64,000 bases of DNA from Marsupella aquatica (Eukaryota; Plantae; Marchantiophyta), in NCBI GenBank assembly GCA_973895155.1, contig OZ316891.1:28401145-28465144 (forward strand), given 5' to 3'. Below are positions 56,814-64,000 of this stretch, in pieces. The notes below the pieces were generated by a model. It worked only from the letters and a program-made list of their open reading frames with translations, did not search any database and was not told the origin of the DNA. The position numbers were made by a program, and so were the translations under genes. How positions within the stretch are numbered: position 1 is the first letter of the stretch; each line of letters begins with the position of its first letter.

Positions 56814-58996
56814 GTTCCCCACTTCCTCTATGAGAGTAGCTTGTCCTATGGGAGAAAAAGCAGTTGTCAGAGTAACTCCGTTCTGAAATGAAGCTGTTAG
56901 CAGGAGTCGAGAGGCACTCAAATCTTCAGAAGAGAGAGAAGGAGCGAAATCGTTGTTGCAGAACCAGAGAAGAAGCAAGCCCAACTGTGTTCGGACTACT
57001 GTACCATTCTAGGAGTAGGGCCTCCACGAACTCTTAAATGCTGCTCAATCACCGTAGTTGTCAATAGTCAGTGCTAGCTGTACGTCTACATCCTGCACTC
57101 CACTCAAATGCTACTCAATCACCCTAGTTGTCAATAGTCAGTGAGTGCTATCTACTGTAACTCCTGCACTCGAGTCTCCTGCAGTAGGCATTGTTCTCCT
57201 GTTCCTCCACTCATTCAAAAGAAGCCATCCATTATTGGGTATACTGATGAAAACGGCAGGGATGAAATTTCAGTGAGACTCACTGCAAATCTAAAATTTG
57301 ATTGAGTGAATATATGATGCCAAAAGTGTCATTACACTCGGGATTACACTCAGTGCTTAATATTTTGCAACACAAAGGCCAACTGGCACTGAAAGCCCAG
57401 ACTATTTTTATTACTTTCTGAAAATATTTTTTCAGTGTAAGAATGCTCTTAATCTGGCTGTATCCTTGAATTATTTAGCCAGGTAAGCCACTGCCTTGCT
57501 CAAGTAATAAGTTTTCACTAAAAGTTTTAACTGACTTAAGTAATAAGTTTTCACTGCCCTGCTCAAGTAATAAGTTTTCACTAAAAGCATTTTGATTCTT
57601 TTGGGGATAATTGTGAAGCTTCCCTTGCTGTGGCTTCTGTTTGTCCTATGTGCTTCCCTTCATCCATGTATATATGGTTTAGGCCGAGACAACAAAATTT
57701 GTAATGATTTTTAATTCAGCTTGCTAGTCTTGCCCAGTTAAATATATACCAATCATTAAAATATTAAATTCTCACAAGGCAAAACTGTCACATCCCCAAG
57801 TTTATCCTACCTTGGGTGGGGCCTTTACCTAGTTTGATGTTGATATTATTAAATTCTAATTAAAAAAAGATGATCCTAGAGTGATTGTATTATCCCCTGC
57901 TAATAAGTGGGGTTTCCAAATATTTTGTGTTCATATTGCAATTTGTAAATTTACCTAGACATTTACCTACATACACTAGAACTGCCCATAAATCTTTGAC
58001 CAGAGTGTCAAATTTTCCCCTTCATTTCTTTGCACATACTCTACAATCGAAAACTATATACACTTTTGCACAAAAACAATGCACGTCTGGCCTTCTTTCA
58101 CATTTCACTAGTAGAAACCGGGGTGTTTTATGACTAAGTGTTACGACTGCCCATGACTCCTTGTGACTAAAGTTTGGGGGGTATCAAGCCAGTCGTAATT
58201 TTGACATAGAGTCTTATTTAAAGTGACTGAAATCGATTGGTCATTTATGTGACTAGGGTTTAAGACATATTTTGTGACTAATAATGACCACATCCATACT
58301 TGGGCATTTTGGGATTAGGAGAAGGTGTAGTCTTATAAATGACTGAAAAGTAGTCATTTGTATGACTCAAAATGAGGTATGAATTAGTCACAAAGAGTCA
58401 GTGAGGAAGAGTAGCCTTTCGCATATATGACTGGTGCTATGGTTCAATATCGGAACACAGGTGACTGATTATGACTACCTGGTCTTAAAAGTTTAGAGTA
58501 TATGGGCACATTAGTGACCGATGATGACTACAGATGACTAATCATTCTTAAAAATCTTAAGATTGGGCTAGACTGGTTGGTCTTATTGGGGACCACTTGA
58601 TATCTTAATGACCCAAAATGACTCATTAGTCTAGTTCACGATTGCATTCTTTGACCCTTTTGGTCAAAGATTTTGACCAAAAGGGTGAGGCAATTGCAGC
58701 CTGCACATAGTACTAGAACCATGACTAATAGACAACTGAAGCATAGAAGCATACATTCAAGCACTCAAGCAAACAAGTACACAAGTCTTACATGAAAACA
58801 TGAGGGACAACATAGTTCTATTAGAATCTTAGAACTCATATTAACTATTGAACACACATGCATAATTTCGTACAAACAAAGTTGTCACAACATGATCAGT
58901 GGATGATCCAATGAATCTCAATTCAACTCTGCATTATGAAATATCTCGGTAACATTTGGCACCATGGATGCAGTTGTTTGTAAGTTTAGGCTAAAA

Positions 58997-61900
58997 CTAC
59001 AAACCACACATTTCAGGTGTCCCTATGTATTCTGTTGGCCACAACACCAAAGAGTTCAAAGCATCTGCAATAGTTGTCTGTGGCGGGTCATCATTCAAAT
59101 TAGGAACTGGCAAAGGGGTCTTTGGCTTCACAAGCTTTGTCAACAACACTACAGAATACCCTGTTGGTACTTCTTTGCAATGGAATGTAATCTGCTCTGG
59201 GCGCAATTTTCCATACCCTACACACAACTCATTTTGCTCTGGTGAGAACAATACATACTCAGGATGTGCCTGAGTCTTCAATTCTGCATCAGCTTTACGC
59301 TTCTTTGCCGCTGCCACTCTACCACTTGCCCTGGCCCGACCCTTCACCTTCCGAATAGGTCTCCCAGCAGCTGAAAGCTCTACTTCTACTCCACCATCTG
59401 TGGCCACACCCTGTATGTCACCTGCCTGTGATGGAATTTGGGTCTCCACCTGGCCCTCTGTTTCGCATCCATTCTCACAGGCTTTGGCAACTTCTATGAA
59501 CTCTTCATATGGATCCAAACTGGGGGTATTCAGTACATTGGTAACCTCTGCAATAACAAAATAGCAAGTCAACACCCTATCAACATTTTTGCCTTATCTC
59601 CAATCATGGAAACATATAACAAAACACATTTTTTGTGTCATCTCCAATCATGGAAACATATGAGAAACCTTACCTTCCATTGTTGGGGCCATGGTACCCT
59701 CCACATCCCTTTCTGTGGGCTCCACCTCCATTTGCTGTTCAATATTACCCTCTGGATTCATCAAATTGGAGTAATGTGGCAGGTCTCTAGAGCCTCCATT
59801 CCATATTGCATTCATTATACATTTGTATTGGTCTTCTTGCACACAAATAAGCTTCTGAACATCTTCCTTTAAAGCAGTCAACTCACTTGCCATTTCACTC
59901 AATTTCACAGTCACATCATTCTCATGAGACTCCATACATTTCACACGATCTGATAAATTGCTAAGAGAACATGATCCACCTCCCTGCAAACACATATGTC
60001 CAACAGAGTCAATCCATTTGTACACCTGAAAAAGAATATATGGTCCCATTGTTCATGCAAACTATGGAATGTGGAGCGAAAAAAACACTATCTGGTATGA
60101 GTACTTACTTGGTTTGAAGGATCACTCTGGCCAGATTTCTGCTTCTGTTTTCTTGCTTCAGCTCTCACCTCTTCTTTTGTAGGGGACTGTCCATTTTGTG
60201 CCTTCTGCATACAGTGTAAATGCACACATTATTTGCTCGGACACAAAAAAACTCAAATACACTGTAGAAGCTAGGTCTGCCAATCCAACGATTATTCTTA
60301 CCAACTGCTCTACTATTGGAGCATTCCCTTTCCTTCCTGTCAAGTTAAGGTTCTGAACGTTGCCACGTGCATATGCCATCTGGGAACTCTTACTCTTGCC
60401 GGATTCACTCAAGAAGTGATGGACTAGCTTGCTCCATTGAAGAGGATCTGTCAATGGGGGAGCAGGCATTCTTTGGTCCTCTCCACCTTCTTGAAACAAC
60501 ACGTGCAATCTCCACCTCTCATTCTTCAGAATTGTCTTTGCATGAGCCTGAAGACACTCCATGGCTACTCCATCCGGATGGCCCACATATTTCCATTTTG
60601 CGGCTACATTGTCAACAACTTGTTGCCAATCCGCTGGATGCTGCTGCACAAAATTCACCACACTCAAATCCAGTCATCGCAATATTTCACCTTTCAAGTC
60701 AGCCAACCAACGATTCTTCCCTGCAGATGCACTGTTCACCCAACGGTTGCTCCCAATCTCCACTACTCCTTTCTTGGTTCTGTCAGGTCCTGCATTGCTT
60801 TCTGTGGTACTGCTTGGTGTGACAGGTTTAGGATTCGCTGGAACTTTTGTAAGTCTACCCTTTAGTGGACTTATAATGCCCCCTGCATCATCCCACATCC
60901 ATGTGACATCATACAATAGTAACATCAATACCTTTGTATATGTCAAATAGTGGATACCAATTGCAATTGTTTATTGTTTCATAAGTGTAACTTACCAGAT
61001 GCTTTGGCGACACTCTGTGGATAAGAGGCAGGCTCAACTACCTGTACATCTTCCCCACCAGCCAACCAATCAGGCTCTGGCCATTGCTCAGAACCATAGG
61101 CTACAGTTGTCTCTTGTCTTGCCTCTACTTCAGGTTCATAGTAAACCTCCTTGTCAGTTACTCCCCAATCAGGATGGGCAGAATCTGCAGTCACATAATT
61201 AAGCACTTTAATTAGGTCTTTAACATCACACTAGCATACCCTTTATTTCCAAAGTAATTTACATAAATGCCAGAATTGAAGGGCAATCCCTACTCACATC
61301 TCCAATCGTCTCTTGTTGCTCCATACTGCTCAGTATGTTGTGTTGGTCTACCTTGGCCCCGTGTAATGTGTGCTGGTGGTGGACCCGTAACATACACAAC
61401 AGTGTGCCCAGCAGGTGGTGGTGGTCCATACCCATCCACTTGTGGGGCTGCTCTCCCCTGAGAGGGTGCACTGTGTGTTGGTGGTGCTCCATACACCACA
61501 GTGTACCCCTCGCTGCGTGGGGTTTCTCTAACCTGACCTGTGCTGTGGGTATGTGTTATTGCTCTACTTGCAAAGGAGGGTGGGATGTGCCCACCATGTG
61601 GTGCAGCTCCATACACAACAGTGTGACCACCTACACCAACAGTTGTTGTTCCATACCCATTGCTCTGTTGGGTTTTACCTGGAGGTGGAGGTGGAGGTGG
61701 TATGTGCCCAGCACGCCCCACTGGTCCGGACCCACGTGCAATTTAATGCACTGTGCTTCGCCCTCCAGATGTTGTTGTACTGTGCCCACGGCCCATACCC
61801 CGAGTAGCAAGTCCACCTCTCTTAGCCTGCAAGAACATATGTGCAAGGACAATAAACTTAAAAGAAGTATCTTCCTCTGACTTGCCACACTCACATGAGC

Positions 61901-62250
61901 CAAACATATCACTACTGTGATACACTACTTCAACACTTCATAATTACCACAATTTTCCTGGGCTCCTCGACAGTACGCTTGCCCTGCCCATATTCTTCAT
62001 CATCTGCATCGGGCTCCTCCTCTGGATAGTACTCTACATCATCAAATTCCTTATGGTTTTCACCGGACCCAACATCTTGCCCATCATCTGCAGAATCTGC
62101 CATTGATGGAATGTCCTTCACTGCTAGTCTCTCACTGCGTCGTCGAGGTCCACTTGCACTGTCACTAATGCTTTGCCTAGCCCTTCTGTGCACTACACTT
62201 CTCCTGTCTGGGAGCCTGCAAGCCATCCAAAAGCAACATCCATTGAACAA
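58997..62250 (-). CDS. TnpA/TNP1-like multi-exon CACTA gene (exon structure approximate)
   Basis: 60158-60667 LKNERWRLH..PPLTDPLQWSKLVHHFLSE..KSKS (Transposase_24/PTTA-like). 58997-59575 VGYGKL..FH..VP..YSVV..LPVPN..TIADALNSLVLWP (Transposase_23-like). Gly/Pro-rich middle exons. Confidence 0.7.
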
Positions 62251-62329
62251 CTCTAGTAAACATAGCTACATTCATTCCAATTAATGAGCAAAGTTTGGAT
62301 AGGTTCTGTGGATGATAATTGTTCCCTTA

Positions 62330-64000
62330 CAAAGCGGAAAATCCCTGTCTGAGCTCAGCTCCCAAAGCTGCCAGCCTCTCATCAACATATGCTGCACGTA
62401 TCATGGCTTGCTTTTCAGACTCACTCATCTCATCATCATCTTCTTCCATCCTATTCAATGACAAACATTATTGCATACGCATGGTGTCAGGCTCAGCCTC
62501 TACAAATGGCTCCTCACCCTCCCAAGCATCCACCCGTGTTAGAGGAACATACTCTGTGCTTGTCTGAACAGTACCAACGTCTCCAGTACGTGGTTGTTCA
62601 AATGCACTATGTCTATCTAAATGAAACTCTAGCTTTGAGCCTTCTACCCTACGATTTCTGGGCTGCTTATGACACACTACCCTCCAACCTGGGTTCTCTT
62701 CCACATCCAAGAAGAAGGCCTGCTCCACCTGACTGGGATACACAAAAGGCTGCTCCCATTCGGGCAACTTGGACTTGAAATTGGCAAGCAGAAAGCCATC
62801 CCGGTCTCTTTTCATACTGGCCCTGTTACCACGCCACACTTGTCTTACCCATTCACCCTTCATCAAAATTACAGGAGTGGATGTGGCTCCATAGTCAAGA
62901 AGCCAGATATCGATCACTTAGTTCTCCTACATACCCCATCTGCAACACTCCACTACTTTCATCAGGGCTCTCATGCTGAAATACACAAATGAGCCCACAA
63001 TCATATGTTACCCTGGAAGAAGTTGTTTCATCTCTCACTCTATAGTGATTGCCATATGCTGCCATCCGTTTGTAAGACTTTACCAGCAACCGTGGAGGAT
63101 TGGAGAGGAGATAGACATCTGCATCCATATTAGGATGGCTTGCATGATGCTCTCGAACTGTGCATCTCAGCCATTCTGACATGCATGGGAATGTGGTAGA
63201 CGTGCTTGATTGAATAGCCTTCTGTGCCTCATACTCCCTACACATATAAGTGCATGGATTTAGCAATCAGAGTACACATTCTATACATATCTGCAATTTA
63301 GAAACCAAGGGCAGCAAAGAAAATTGAAAACAAGTTACATACAGGGAGACCAAAGTAGGTACTCACTCCAGCCAGGGTTGCATTGCATCAGTGTTTTCCA
63401 GAACGTACTGATGAGCCAAGTCTCTAATTTCGATGGTCAGCTTCACTGTGGTTGCAGCACCTTGTAGGACTTCCCCAGACACCCCTTCTTCTTCATCAGA
63501 ATTCCATACTCGCCTTGTCACATGCTCGTAATCTGCTAGGTACTCTGTGATGTAGCCCAGAGTTTCATCTTTTATATAACCCCGAGCCATACTTGCCTCT
63601 GGCCTATAGTAAGATCTCACATGACCCTTCATCAACTTCATGTACCGCTCCAGGGGGTACAACCAGCATGCTGTCACCGGCCCGTACTGGTCTATTTCTT
63701 CCACAACATGGATGAGCAGATGAGTCATTACATCAAAGAATGCAGGCGGGAAATATATTTCAAGATCACACAACAATAGTGCCACATCTTTCTTCAATTG
63801 GGGAAACTGTGCAGCATCCCACACCTTCACACAAACTCTGCGGAACACATCACTCAGACGCAGTATAACTTTACGCACAGGCTCTTGCATGAGGCCCCTC
63901 AGGCACAATGGCAGGACTTGTTGCATCATGACATGGTAGTCATGGGTTCATACTACCAAATTGGAATTTGTTATCCTTCACATGCCTCTTGAATGCACTA
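62330..64000 (-). pseudogene. TnpD/TNP2-like CACTA transposase, C-terminal part (DUF4218- and DUF4216-like), frameshifted
   Basis: MQQVLP..FPPAFFDVMTHLLIH..GPV...WLYPLERYMK..RPEASMARGY; YKRMAAYGNHYR; DGFLLANF..EQPFVYPSQVEQAFF..GWRVV. Frame change near 62910. Confidence 0.85.

Larger units (their letters stand above)
58106..64000 (-). mobile_element. CACTA (En/Spm) transposon, 3' portion, extending beyond the window
   Basis: Terminus CACTAGTAGAAA at 58106. Dense subterminal TGACT(A)/AGTC repeats at 58130-58730. TnpA- and TnpD-type coding sequence on the minus strand. Confidence 0.92.

Overview
Repeat-rich land-plant genomic DNA (spliceosomal GT-AG introns, CCCTAAA telomere-type repeats, a CYP97B relic; a non-seed plant such as a bryophyte is my guess, not shown). 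The window is mostly nested transposons around a local cluster of five intronless RING-CH (RINGv) genes and pseudogenes. From left to right: (i) a 5.36-kb Mutator-like element (MULE; 6840-12197, ~310-bp TIRs, 10-bp TSD) sits inside an exon of a CYP97B pseudogene and carries a second gene encoding a hydrophobic N-terminus plus an RNase H1 hybrid-binding-like domain. (ii) A Helitron-like 35-bp minisatellite. (iii) A 27-kb MULE (21828-48796, 10-bp TSD) whose non-coding DNA is strewn with a bipartite palindrome, GAAGACA-N10-TGTCTTC, and which hosts two further insertions. (iv) The 3' part of a CACTA element (58106 to the window end). The most striking item is an apparently intact ~8.1-kb element nested in the large MULE (~27690-35810). 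It pairs a 2-exon Sola-like DDD transposase head-to-head with a 3-exon gene encoding a ParB-like domain fused to a beta-class N6-adenine/N4-cytosine DNA methyltransferase, and it is marked by repeated TCATGAATTCATGA palindromes. Family assignments come from motif recognition by eye; no database searches were run.
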